Shown here in pieces: positions 10,223 to 20,956 of a DNA stretch of 23,264 nt (position 1 is its first letter; each line of letters starts with the position of its first letter). Both the position numbers and the translations under genes were made by a program. A model generated the notes under the pieces. The model did no database searches. It worked only from the letters and a program-made list of their open reading frames with translations, and was not told the DNA's origin. The stretch spans positions 1 to 23,264 of the forward strand of contig NW_021823798.1 in NCBI RefSeq assembly GCF_006345805.1. Reading direction: 5' to 3'. This DNA is from Octopus sinensis (taxonomy: Eukaryota).

Positions 10223-10937
10223 ACCGATGTTACCACCAAGCTACTTAAGTGTTTTTCTTGCTTTTAGTTCATAAAGTTTCTTAAAATACACAATTTCTCT
10301 GCAGATAAATTCAAGATATCATTGTCCAGAATGAATATAGACATTTATCTTAATATCACCCAGTATAAATTATTCAAACGTGTTACTAAACACTTGTACA
10401 TAGCAGTTTTTTTTTTACTATATTGCCACAAGCTCGTACATTCATTTTTACATATCGAAAACATACGGTTTATAGCACAACACAACTGGAATATTCAACC
10501 GTGCATTCAATAAAAAGTTGAGCATTTTAAATTGTTAGTTATTAATAGGTATTTACTACCAGCCAATTCATAAATATATTCTCATTTATATTTTTATCCG
10601 CCATTTCTTTCTGATTCTTAATAGATGAACGGCTTTTCGTTTTGTCTCTTCCTGCAGAATTTGCGGTAATCTAAATAACTATAAATATTGGATGAGTATT
10701 TTCCTTTCCTTTTTCTCTATTCCACCGACGAATATGAGGAGCTTCCTAAACATTATTAATGTCACGAGCAATTCTAATTAGATATTTATTTGAACATCTT
10801 ACAAGTATGTTTACGATGTTGTCGAGTATATTTAAATGAATAAGTGTATACACTAACATAATACATACATACATACGTACATATATGTATGTGTATGTAT
10901 ATATATATTATATATATATATATGTATATGTATGTAG

Positions 10938-10971
<34 letters not shown>

Positions 10972-10985
10972 ATATATATGTTGTA

Positions 10986-11023
10986 TCTTTCTGTTGAAGA
11001 GCGTAGGCTCGAAACGTTAAAGA
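10986..11023 (+). ncRNA. Minimal type I hammerhead-ribozyme-like motif (A6>U variant) in a Penelope-like cassette
   Basis: Stem I TCTTT/AAAGA; core CTGTTGA-A; stem II GAGC-GTAG-GCTC; GAAAC-GTT with palindromic ACGT stem III. It lies in a ~140-bp unique cassette flanked on both sides by (TA)n. Confidence 0.6.
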
Positions 11024-11158
11024 CTTGTTTTATTTATATTTCCTGAGCGCCATACTAATACAATTGTTCGTTTGTTTTCCACCTGCCTTCGTCTTTGTTT
11101 ATTTTCATAAAGCTTCCCGTTATATATATATATATATATAATATATATTATATATATA

Positions 11159-11200
<42 letters not shown>

Positions 11201-11407
11201 ATATATATATATATAGTATATATATTATATATATATATATAATAATATATATATATATAATATACACATATATACATATGCATATAATATATATATATAT
11301 ATATACATAGGTTAGAGAGAGTCCACCAATAATATTTCTATATTCATGTCATCGTTCGTATTTGAATACACAAAACTTTTATGTTTGTATGTCACTCATA
11401 ATAACCT

Positions 11408-11484
11408 TCCCTCTCTCTCTCCCTCTCTTTCTCTTTTTCTCTCTCTCTCTCCCCCCTCTCTCTCTCTCTTTCTCTCTCTCTTTC

Positions 11485-11524
<40 letters not shown>

Positions 11525-11641
11525 CTCTCTTTCTCCCCAATTGCATCTCATATCAACTTTCTTCTCTTCTGCCGAAATTTTCCTCTCTTTCTGATTCCAT
11601 ATCATTCTATATTTTGCAATCAATCAATACATCATTTCTGG

Positions 11642-11727
<86 letters not shown>

Positions 11728-11765
11728 CTCTCTCACCATCTCTCTCTCTCTCTCTCTCTTTCTTT
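11408..11765. repeat. (TC)n microsatellite cluster
   Basis: Imperfect (TC)n at 11408-11535 and a near-perfect run at 11648-11760. Confidence 0.95.
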
Positions 11766-12134
11766 CTTCCTTTCTACATTTCTTTATACGTTTCTTCTTT
11801 CCTTCCTTCCTTTCGTTCTTCTTATCTCCCTCCTCCCACCCTTCTCATCTCATCCATTCTCTCACTAAAAAGCTTCCCATCTTCTCCTTTCTTTCGATCT
11901 CAATAAATCCGTTATGGATGATCGAACGTTATAATTAACTTTCTACCTCAGTGGAAACATAATAAAAAAAACTAAAAAAAGATAATATGCACACAATATT
12001 GAAATTCGATATTTCTGTCGAAGCAAACTTCTTGCTTTGTCGAACAGTCAATGACTCGGTTTCAAATCCAATCTGAGAAGAAAAACTTATAATTCCCTCC
12101 CCTTATTTTGGTAAGATTCTTGTCTTGGATGCTA

Positions 12135-12533
12135 CTCTTTTACTTGTTTCAGTCATTTCACTATGGCCATGCTGGAGCAACGCCTTTAGTCGAGCAAATC
12201 GACTCCAAGACTTATTCTTTGGAAGCCTAGTACTTATTCTATCGGTCTATTCTGCCGAACCGGGGACGTAAACACACTAGCATCGGTTGGCAAATGATGT
12301 TGGGGGGGGACAAACATAGACACACAAACATACACACACACACGCACACACATACATATATATATATACATATATACGACGGGATTCTTTCAGTTTCCGT
12401 TTACCAAATCCACTCACAAGGCTTTGGTTGGCCCGAGGCTATAGTAGAAGACACTTGCCCAAGGTGCCACGTAGTGGGACTGTACCCGGAACCATTTGGT
12501 TGATAAGCAAGCTACTTACCACACAGCCACTCC
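12135..12533 (-). mobile_element. SINE family B, full-length (tRNA head, CORE-like domain, internal TG/TA microsatellite, GTAAAAGAG tail)
   Basis: Minus strand GGAGTGGCTGTGTGGTAAG...GGTTCCGGGTACAGTCCC then CACCTTGGGCAAGTGTCTT (CORE-like), ending GCTCCAGCATGGCC...GACTGAAACAAGTAAAAGAG. Confidence 0.9.
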
Positions 12534-12660
12534 CACAGTGGAAGAGACTGGCATATGAACGTTGCAAATCTCATTTCTAGAATTTGTCAAGAAATTTTGT
12601 GACTTATTTATCTTCCTTAATGTAAATATAATTTTAACAGCAATATATGTGTGTATATCT

Positions 12661-12870
12661 AAGGCGGCAAGATGGCAGAATCGTTAGCAACCCGGGTAAA
12701 ATACTTAACAGGATTTCGTGTTTTTACGTTCTGAATTCAAATTCCGCCGAAGCCGAGTTTGCTCTTCACTTTTTCGGGGATGATAAAATGAATGCCAGTT
12801 GACGCTGTAGTCGATTTAGTCAACTTACCCTTCCCATAAAACTGATGGCTTTGTCTCAAAATTTGAACTG
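12661..12870 (+). mobile_element. Older SINE family A copy (tail type 3)
   Basis: AAGGCGGCAAGATGGCAGAATCGTTAGC...GAATTCAAATTCCGCCG...TTTTCGGGGATGATAAAAT...CCCTTCCCATAAA..TGATGGCTTTGTCTCAAAATTTGAA. Confidence 0.8.
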
Positions 12871-13129
12871 AATATATGTCCGTATGTCTTAGCATCTGTA
12901 TGAGGGTTAAGTTGTATGTTCATTAAAACGTTCATCTTAAATTTCAAACTACTATTTCAAAAATACTGCACAATATATACATGTGTGATGGTTTGTAGGT
13001 ACACACACACACATATATAAAGAGAGATGCTTATATACATTTCATTTGTGTTTTCAGACAGCATTTTTAAATGTGCATACATATAAATAAATGAATAAAA
13101 TAGAAGCAACTCTCAAAATTCCACCCACT

Positions 13130-13249
13130 GAGCCTAATACTTATTCTATTGGTCTCTTTTACCGAACTGCTAAGTTACGGATTCCTAAACACACCAACAT
13201 CGGTTATCAAGCTATGGTGGTGGGGACAAACACAAACACACAAATACAT
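13130..13249 (-). mobile_element. SINE family B 3'-side fragment
   Basis: Matches 12224-12335 (GCCTA.TACTTATTCTAT.GGTCT...CATCGGTT...GGGGACAAACA). Confidence 0.8.
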
Positions 13250-13252
13250 CAT

Positions 13253-13305
<53 letters not shown>

Positions 13306-13944
13306 TATATATATATGTATATATGTAATACATTAACAGTCAGCTTGAATCTTGCTTGCTTGCAATGTTACCCAGCTAAACTGGCGCATAATGGGAAAAT
13401 ACAATGAATTAAATTACCCTGAAATGTTAATACGAACAGAATAAAACAAGTTTCACGTAAATCGGATAAGTTTTTAGATATTAGATGTTTTCGGGGTTCA
13501 GATACCCAAAACGGTGCATAATTGGGAAAATATTCTGAATCTTAATCCTGAAAGGGAAGAAACTCTTATCTTTCAATTAAACACAGTGACTTGATAACGA
13601 AAAAATAAGAGTTGTTTTTTCTTTTACAGTAAATGTTTCTATTTTCGCTTTTGTTAAACAGAATATTTTAATCATTTAGAAATATTTTTAAGTAAATGTG
13701 ATTTTCAAAATGTAAGTTGTTTATACAGTAAGTATTTACATTTTAGATTTCTTTAAACACACAATATTTTAATATATTTTATAATTATTTTCAAGTGAAT
13801 ACCATTACAAAACATTCATTTTTTTGGCATATTTCAAAAATATTTTAAAGTGAAAATTACTTTAAAAATACGGTAAATATTTCGTAAGAGATCCGTTCGT
13901 AACCTCAGTGAGAAATAGTCTTTTTCCATAGGTTTTTTTTTCGA

Positions 13945-14141
13945 GTGCATTCAACGTATCTCACGACCAACGATTTGTCTGCTATTTCTAACACGTCCTG
14001 CTACCAACTAATAGCTATTTGCGATAAAGGAGCCGAAATACCCGTTAAGTGGTAGCAGGGCGGGCAAGAAATAGCAGCCAGATCTTTCCTGGAGAAAGGA
14101 GTCGTTTAGTGTGATTTCGATGTCACATTCGTTGAAAGCAT
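13945..14141. repeat. Imperfect inverted repeat (MITE/foldback-like)
   Basis: Arms 13973-14006 and 14050-14083 match at 28/34 as reverse complements. Outer arms 13945-13964 and 14122-14141 match at 15/20. Confidence 0.75.
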
Positions 14142-14185
14142 GCGAAATAACGTGTAAAAGAAACAAAAACCCACGTAACAAAACT

Positions 14186-14345
14186 CCGGACTTCCTTCAG
14201 TTTCCGCCTACCAAATCCACTCATGAAGCTTTGGTCGGCCCGAGGCTATAGTAGAAGAAACTTGCCCAGGGTGCACACAGTGGGACTGAACCCGGAACCA
14301 TGTAGTTGGGAAGCAAGCTTCTTATCACACAGCCACTCCTGTGCC
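14186..14345 (-). mobile_element. SINE family B 5' half
   Basis: Highly similar to 12380-12533. Confidence 0.9.
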
Positions 14346-14615
14346 TATTTGTACGTATGTGTATGTATACGTTTTCTTGATTCTTCAGATTCTTCAGTAT
14401 TAAATGCTAGCTACACACACATTTATGAGTAAGTATAGAAATAAATCTGTAGCTCTCACGTTAAACGTATTGAGTACGCGTTGTCTCGCAAAAAAAAAAA
14501 GAAAAAAAAGGAAAAAACACCTTGTTCTTATATTTGTAGCTTATATGACTGAACAGTTGGAATTTAATTATGTTAGTGGAGGATTTACAGGACCCGGATC
14601 TAAATTCCACAAAAT

Positions 14616-14865
14616 AAATGCGCCCTTTTTAAAGCCTAGCCAGCCTCATGGGCCCGGTTTCCCAGTTTCTATGGCATATGTGTTCCCCAGCCGGACAGGA
14701 CGCCAGTCCATCGCAGCGTTACTCATTTTTGCCAGCTGAGTGGACTGGAGCATCGTGAAATGAAGTGTTTTGCTCAAGAACACAACGCGTCGCCCGGTCC
14801 AACAATCGAAACCACAAACTTACGATTATGATGCTGATACCCTAACCATTAAGCCACGCGCCCCC
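14616..14865 (-). mobile_element. tRNA-derived SINE, CORE-like centre plus V-like 3' region (related to family C)
   Basis: Minus strand GGGGGCGCGTGGCTTAATGGTTAGGG...GGTTTCGATT...TGTGTTCTTGAGCAAAACACTT...CTGCGATGGACTGGCGTCCTGTCC...GGAAACCGGGCCC. Confidence 0.85.
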
Positions 14866-15838
14866 ACTAAGTAGGTACTTTACCATCCTAAAATAGGTAC
14901 TGACAACGAAGTGCAAGTTCCACCGATTACGTTGGTTATTCTACTCAGCATTGAGGCAAAACAACAACGCTCTTTCCTACTCACAGCAAGATGAACTACA
15001 TTATTCTACAGTAGATATCAAGTGATACAACTATTTAGTTCTGACTAGATCTCAGAGACCGATAGATCTGGCACAGGCCCTACAGAGTAATGTAGTCGTG
15101 TTTCCAGTAGTGTTGCAATCGCAAGAATCTAAATTTGGCGCTTCAGTCCATCGCTTCGGCATTCAGAGAGCAGAGCACTTGAGCCCGCCTACACCAATTT
15201 ATATTGCCCTCAGCTAATACTGATGACCAATGATATATAGTTCGGTTTATTTCACTCAAAAACTCTTTAAGCGCAAATGATAAAATATAGCGGAAGAATC
15301 GATCGTTTCCACGAAATAATTCTACACAAAAATAGAAATAACACACACACACACACACACAACACACACACACACAACATAGGCTATAACACCAGAATTA
15401 GGGAAATAACGAGCTGTAACCAATACAACTTCTTCAGCTACACTAAATCATTCAAGCTCTACATTTACTACTATGTCAAACAAAAGAGTATATGGGAACA
15501 GTAATTCCTAGAATCGATAAACTTACAGGGTGTTATTTTTAGTAACACTTATCACAATGAATTAGAATATTAGTACGAAACCGTTTTTGAATTTCATCAT
15601 GTTAACAGCAATCCTCTCAACAATACTTGCCGGGAATATACAGTCTATCTATCCTTCTGTTATATCTATGTATTATTTTTTTTTCTCTCTGATAATATAT
15701 TTATTGATCTCTTTACATATGACTACCTGTATGTCATATATATATATGTACATATAAAATAACATACATACATATAAGTATATATATATATATATATATA
15801 TATAAGAATATATATATGTGCATAGATATATATATATA

Positions 15839-16232
15839 CTAGCAGTATCGCCCGGCGTTGCTCGGGTTTGTAAGGGAAATAACTATATAAGCATTTTTAG
15901 AGAGTTATAGCCAAAAAATAGCAAAAAAATGCATTAAAAATTGAAAAAAAATTAAGGTAAATTTTTTTTTAAATCGTTGACACATCGTAGATATTTTTAG
16001 AGAGTTACTTCCCTTATATAAAAGCGAAAAAAATGCATTCAAATGGAAAAATATGATGGTAAATTTTTTTAAAATCGTAGACTCATCGTAGACGCGCGCT
16101 AATACCCAGAAGGGCTCGATATGAATCACGACTATAAGATACTCGCTTTTGGTTAAACTGCACGGCAAAATGTGGGAGTAGTTACGAATCTAATCGAAGG
16201 GACAGACACACAACTTCACTCTTATTAAAAGA
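15839..16232 (-). mobile_element. Non-autonomous Helitron (394 bp)
   Basis: Minus strand A|TCTTTTAATAAGAGTGAAGTTGTGTGTCTGTC ... CCCGAGCAACGCCGGG hairpin, CGATACTG, CTAG|T. This gives a canonical 5' TC, a 3' hairpin + CTAG, and an A|T insertion site. Contains two ~100-bp internal direct repeats (15893-16093). Confidence 0.85.
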
Positions 16233-16559
16233 TGCTTATTTTTTTTCAGTCATAGAGTTAGATTTATGAAGGTCTTCAGTAGAAAATCCTTCGAATTCTG
16301 ACTCGCTGCTTGATATAATGAAATTCGTATCCATTTTTTGTCAGAATTACAAATTTTGAAAACACAATAGGAACAATTTCGGAAAAAAATCTCCCATAAT
16401 TCACGAATTAAAATTACACTTCGATTTTTGTACAAAACTGTATTTGAAGTGTTTACGAAGTATAATACGTGTTTTCACGAATGTACTAAAGAGATTTACT
16501 CTGATATTCTCATTTAAATATGAATAGGTAAATTCGGGCGGTTGGGTAACGAAAGGGTT

Positions 16560-17010
16560 TATATAAGTGTCGTCTGTTTATACATAAACACTGTTTATAC
16601 TTTCAGTTTAGTCTTGCTCAAATCACTCTGTCGCTAATTTACTCTCTTCCAAGAACATTTTCACTCACTGTTATCTGTTAGCTTCCCATACATTTTACTC
16701 ATGTATCTATCAGCGTGATAGACAGAACCAAATATTACATTTACTTTCATTTTATTCGTCGCACACTGTGTGTGTGCGTTTTGGTTTGGTGTAAACCAGA
16801 CTAAGAAAAGCATTTGACACACACACCAGAATGTGAGTTTTCTGTAAATTTTGCTTAATTGGAGTTTAAATTTTGAAAACTGACCTGGCATGACGCGATG
16901 CATTGTACTCTCAAAAATGCTAGGTAAATTGTAATTGAAGAAATCCTATATTGTAGATTTGTATAACTCCCAAAGGGAGGCAGATAAAATCTGCCTTTTA
17001 TAATAAGAGA
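16560..17010 (-). mobile_element. Helitron-like 5' portion without its own 3' end
   Basis: Minus strand A|TCTCTTATTATAAAAGGCAGATTTTATCTGCCTCCCTTTGGGAG...: TC start after A, Helitron-like TC..TATAAA opening, two adjacent small palindromes. The left boundary is uncertain. Confidence 0.5.
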
Positions 17011-17345
17011 TACACACACATAAATACATGCATGCATTATGAAAATACATTTACATATGTATAAATATACATATATGTATAGAGAGAGAGGGGGAGAGAG
17101 AGGTATCGAATGCGAGGGAAGGATAGATAGATAGATAACTTTCTTTATTGGCCACACAGGGCTGAACACAGAGGGGACAAATACAAATGCAGAGCTTTTC
17201 TTTTCGAAGATGGAAAAGAAAAAGGAAAATAAAGAATCAAATGTAAAATTCCGATCAAAAGGTATCAGGGGAAAAACACAAATAGAGAGAGAAATAATAT
17301 TATATATATATATATTAATATATATATATATATATATATATATAA

Positions 17346-17370
17346 TAGATAGATAGATAGATAGATAGAT

Positions 17371-17454
<84 letters not shown>
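17346..17454. repeat. (GATA)n microsatellite following (TA)n
   Basis: Near-perfect tetranucleotide run. Confidence 0.95.
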
Positions 17455-17455
<1 letters not shown>

Positions 17456-17479
17456 GTGTTATGTACACTCAGTTATTTG

Positions 17480-17537
17480 TTAAGCAACGGCGGTGCATCA
17501 GCATGGCCGCAGCTCTGAGCTGAAACTAGAAAGAAAA
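17480..17537 (+). mobile_element. Isolated 3' tail of SINE family B
   Basis: GGCGGTGCATCAGCATGGCCGCAG...CTGAAACTAGAAAG resembles the reverse complement of 12135-12190. Confidence 0.65.
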
Positions 17538-18049
17538 TGGTTGAACATTGTAGTTGGGAGTCAGATGAAATTAAACCCTAATTGCATGCATTGTATTGTT
17601 GCTTACAATGTGTATTTAGAACTACTGGATTTCGAACCCTTGCACTTATATTTTGTGTTTAACCGTCTCCATTTAATATCGATCACAATGATCAACGATG
17701 ATTTGTAGTCTTGTTTAAGTGAATGAGAAAGAAAACTCTCCTTGGCTAGGCCGCTGACCTCTAGCAGGTAGGGTTCTTTTTTTTTAGTCTCACAAGAAAT
17801 CGAACTCTATATCATAAGCCAACGAACGTCCGCTCGCCTATTCTATAGTGTCACTACTGCCAGCAGGAATAAATTACATGTCATCTTGGTAAACATTTGT
17901 AACTCAATGGACTTGGTTATTTTGTGTTAAGTGTTTTGGTCAAGCCTATGTTAAAGACTTGAGCTATGAACGTTATGTTGCAAGATCACTGCCCAGTACG
18001 ATTTCGGACTGGTCATTTAACTCTTCGTTCAATATGAAGCAGATTGAGC

Positions 18050-18230
18050 CACTGGTTACTCAAAGTTCTAGAAACAGAAGCCAAATCTCTTTAAAATCAC
18101 ATAATGTTATTTGCAAAAGGATGAGCGTATAAGATACACAGTCTGAATAAACGATAGATGAGGGTGTCATGAACAATTTTAATCATAGCTCAGTTGATTT
18201 ACAGCTGAATTGATACCTACCACAGTCAAC
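18050..18230 (+). mobile_element. Diverged family D repeat copy
   Basis: GGTTACTCAAAGTTCTAGAAACAGAAGCCAAATCTCTTTAAAATCACA...TTTAATCATAGCTCAGTTGAT. Confidence 0.55.
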
Positions 18231-18535
18231 ATGAGAGACCTCCGACTTGCCAGTTTCACACACGATGTTTGGGACACCCTGATGCTAAGGCGTAAGGCAC
18301 TTGCACATTTAGGCACAGGTATCGAACCAGGAACTTTAAGGTTGAATCCCTGACACTAAGATACATACATAACAATATAATATATTAATATATATATAAT
18401 ATATATATAATATATATATATATATATTATATATATATATATATATAATATAAGGATAAATAATTATTAATTTTTAAAAATCATACATTTCTGTATGGAA
18501 ATATAACCATTATCGGTAGGAACTTTTTAAAAAAA

Positions 18536-18586
<51 letters not shown>

Positions 18587-18770
18587 TATATATATTATAT
18601 ATATATATATAAGGGCAAGCAATAGGTTGCTTAGCCACATACCGAAAAATTAGAAATAGTAGTCAAAGAGAGCATATTTCTATTTTCTACAAATATAATC
18701 CCACATACAACATGTGACTCACATATGTCAAACAGAAGGAAAGAATAACGAAAACAAAGTCTTTTGGGTA

Positions 18771-18830
18771 GTTACGGACGCGTTTTTGGATTAGAATTAT
18801 AAATCAATTCATTTCCTTCTTCAGCGTAAC
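18771..18830 (-). ncRNA. Minimal type I hammerhead-ribozyme-like motif (G12>A variant) in a Penelope-like cassette
   Basis: Minus strand GTTACG-CTGAAGA-A-GGA(aatGAATTgatttatAATTCtaa)TCC-A-AAAAC-GC-GTC-CGTAAC. It has a perfect 6-bp stem I, a CUGAAGA core, stem II, a palindromic ACGCGT stem III and a GUC site. The cassette sits between (TA)n and (TACA)n. Confidence 0.65.
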
Positions 18831-18917
18831 AGTCTACTTAAATAGGTTTTGCAAATGCTATACATACCTCCAGCTTCCCGAAGTAGCGTCATCGGAGATA
18901 GTAGGAGATAGCCAGCA

Positions 18918-19012
18918 CATATATATACACATACAAACATATATATATATATATACATACATACATATATACATACATACATATATACATACATATATAG
19001 ATACATACTTAC

Positions 19013-19043
<31 letters not shown>

Positions 19044-19251
19044 CATATATGCATACATATATACATACATATATACATACATACATATATACATACATAC
19101 ATATATACATACATATATAGATACATACTTACATATATACATATATATGCATACATATATACATACATATATACATACATACATATATACATACATACAT
19201 ATATACATACACATACATATACATACATACATACATACATACATACATACA

Positions 19252-19285
<34 letters not shown>

Positions 19286-19290
19286 ATATA
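18918..19290. repeat. Compound (TACA)n/(TA)n microsatellite with ~120-bp higher-order duplication
   Basis: The variant ATATAGATACATACTTACATATATAC occurs at ~18995 and ~19115. Confidence 0.9.
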
Positions 19291-19657
19291 GGGTTCTGAT
19301 AGGGTAGGAAATCGGAAATGGATAGGTTGATAGATAAACAGGTAGAAAGAAAATCGACAATAAATTAATGTGCAATTGTTGTATGGATACATAAATGTCT
19401 GATATACGAATGGAGTAATAATAATAAGAAACAATTGGATGAGCAAACTATAAAAATCTATAAAATGTAATAAAACGTCAAACTGAAGTCTTGTTGTTCC
19501 TTGTATGATTTTTATTGCTTATTCCTAGAGCGCTTTCGTGTTATAACTTGTCCTCACATGGACTGATTTGAGTGGACAATGATAAATTGGAAGTCGGAAA
19601 TACGGGATCACACAACATTATTGCTCGTAGAGACTAAATATGTATTGCTGCTATACA

Positions 19658-19740
19658 TGTATGTGTGTGTGTATGTGTGCGTGAATGTGTGTGTGAGTGT
19701 GTGTGTGTGGTGTGTGTGTGTGTGTGTGTCTGTGTGTGTG
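19658..19740. repeat. (TG)n microsatellite
   Basis: Imperfect dinucleotide run. Confidence 0.95.
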
Positions 19741-20107
19741 GTATTAACTATGTAGTTTATCAGATAGCTATCCGAAAGCAAGAAAATATATAAAATATTC
19801 TAAAACTCCCAATGACTGCTGAAATTAGTTGCAACTCTGGGAGGTTTCGATGTAGGATGGCAGATAAAAATGTTATCAGATATTAGATGTATATTAGTTT
19901 AGTTATATATCTCTCTCTCATTCCTCTCTCTCTCTTTCTGGTTCTTTCTCTATGTCTCTCTTATATATATATATATATAAATTTGGTGTTATATTACTTG
20001 ATAAATGAAAAATCGGTTTTTCTCCCGTTTGTTTTTACATTCAGTATACGTTAGGTCATTTGTTTATACATTTTTTCTTATTATATATATATATCTATTA
20101 TATATAT

Positions 20108-20149
<42 letters not shown>

Positions 20150-20251
20150 TAGATAGATACAAGAATACGTATATAAACATAAATACATAACTATATATGT
20201 CCATATTACCGTCATGTTAGTCAAATCTATCATTGTTTATTCTAGTATACT

Positions 20252-20269
20252 ATCTTCTTCTTCTCTCTT

Positions 20270-20301
<32 letters not shown>

Positions 20302-20328
20302 ATTATTATTATTATTATTATTATTTTA

Positions 20329-20379
<51 letters not shown>

Positions 20380-20410
20380 CATCATCATTATCATTATTAT
20401 CATTATTATC
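20252..20410. repeat. Compound (TTC)n-(TTA)n-(TCA)n microsatellite
   Basis: Adjacent trinucleotide runs; source of the poly-S/Y/L ORFs. Confidence 0.95.
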
Positions 20411-20956
20411 AACAGTTGCGTCCGGAATCGTAACTCTAACTTTTTACGTTGCCCATTATTCAAATTGTTGATGTATGTGTGCAGTGTAGCAATATCTAAA
20501 AAGAAAAAAAATATTCGTAATCACATCGACGTATGGTTAGTCATCGAGACATGAATGGTTATTTAAAACTATTCCAAAATGCATCTGACATTCTTTTATC
20601 AAGTTGTCGTATGTAAGGTTGGTGATATGTTCATCCGTATACATGCAAGAACACGACATAGTTCCTTATCTTCTGCATAATCTGTAAACCACACGAAAGC
20701 AAAAATAGAGCTATGGTTAATGAATTATTAATGTTGGCGATTAATCAAATGCTTTTGATCTGTTTCTTTCGTCATGGGACAATCACTCAAGATATGGCAA
20801 ATACATTACGTAGGAAAACATCTATTTTAATTTGCTGGTAGTTGGAAATTTCTCTATGTAGATGCTTGTAAGAAATAACTCCCTGCCTAAAAGAGAATCA
20901 GCGAAAGATTGCACTTGTTTAACGTTGCTTAAACCATACATAACTTTTAAAGATTA

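Noticed and set aside
11017-11868. Long ORFs rich in YI, LS or ER repeats (also 2282-2486, 4445-4717, 6783-7076, 17265-17468, 18821-19446, 20214-20471)
   Set aside because: They are translations of microsatellites that lack stop codons in some frames; no protein signal.
18835-18905. Possible second hammerhead (CCGATGACGC...GCAAAAC) next to the 18771 motif
   Set aside because: Two core mismatches and no stem III or cleavage triplet.
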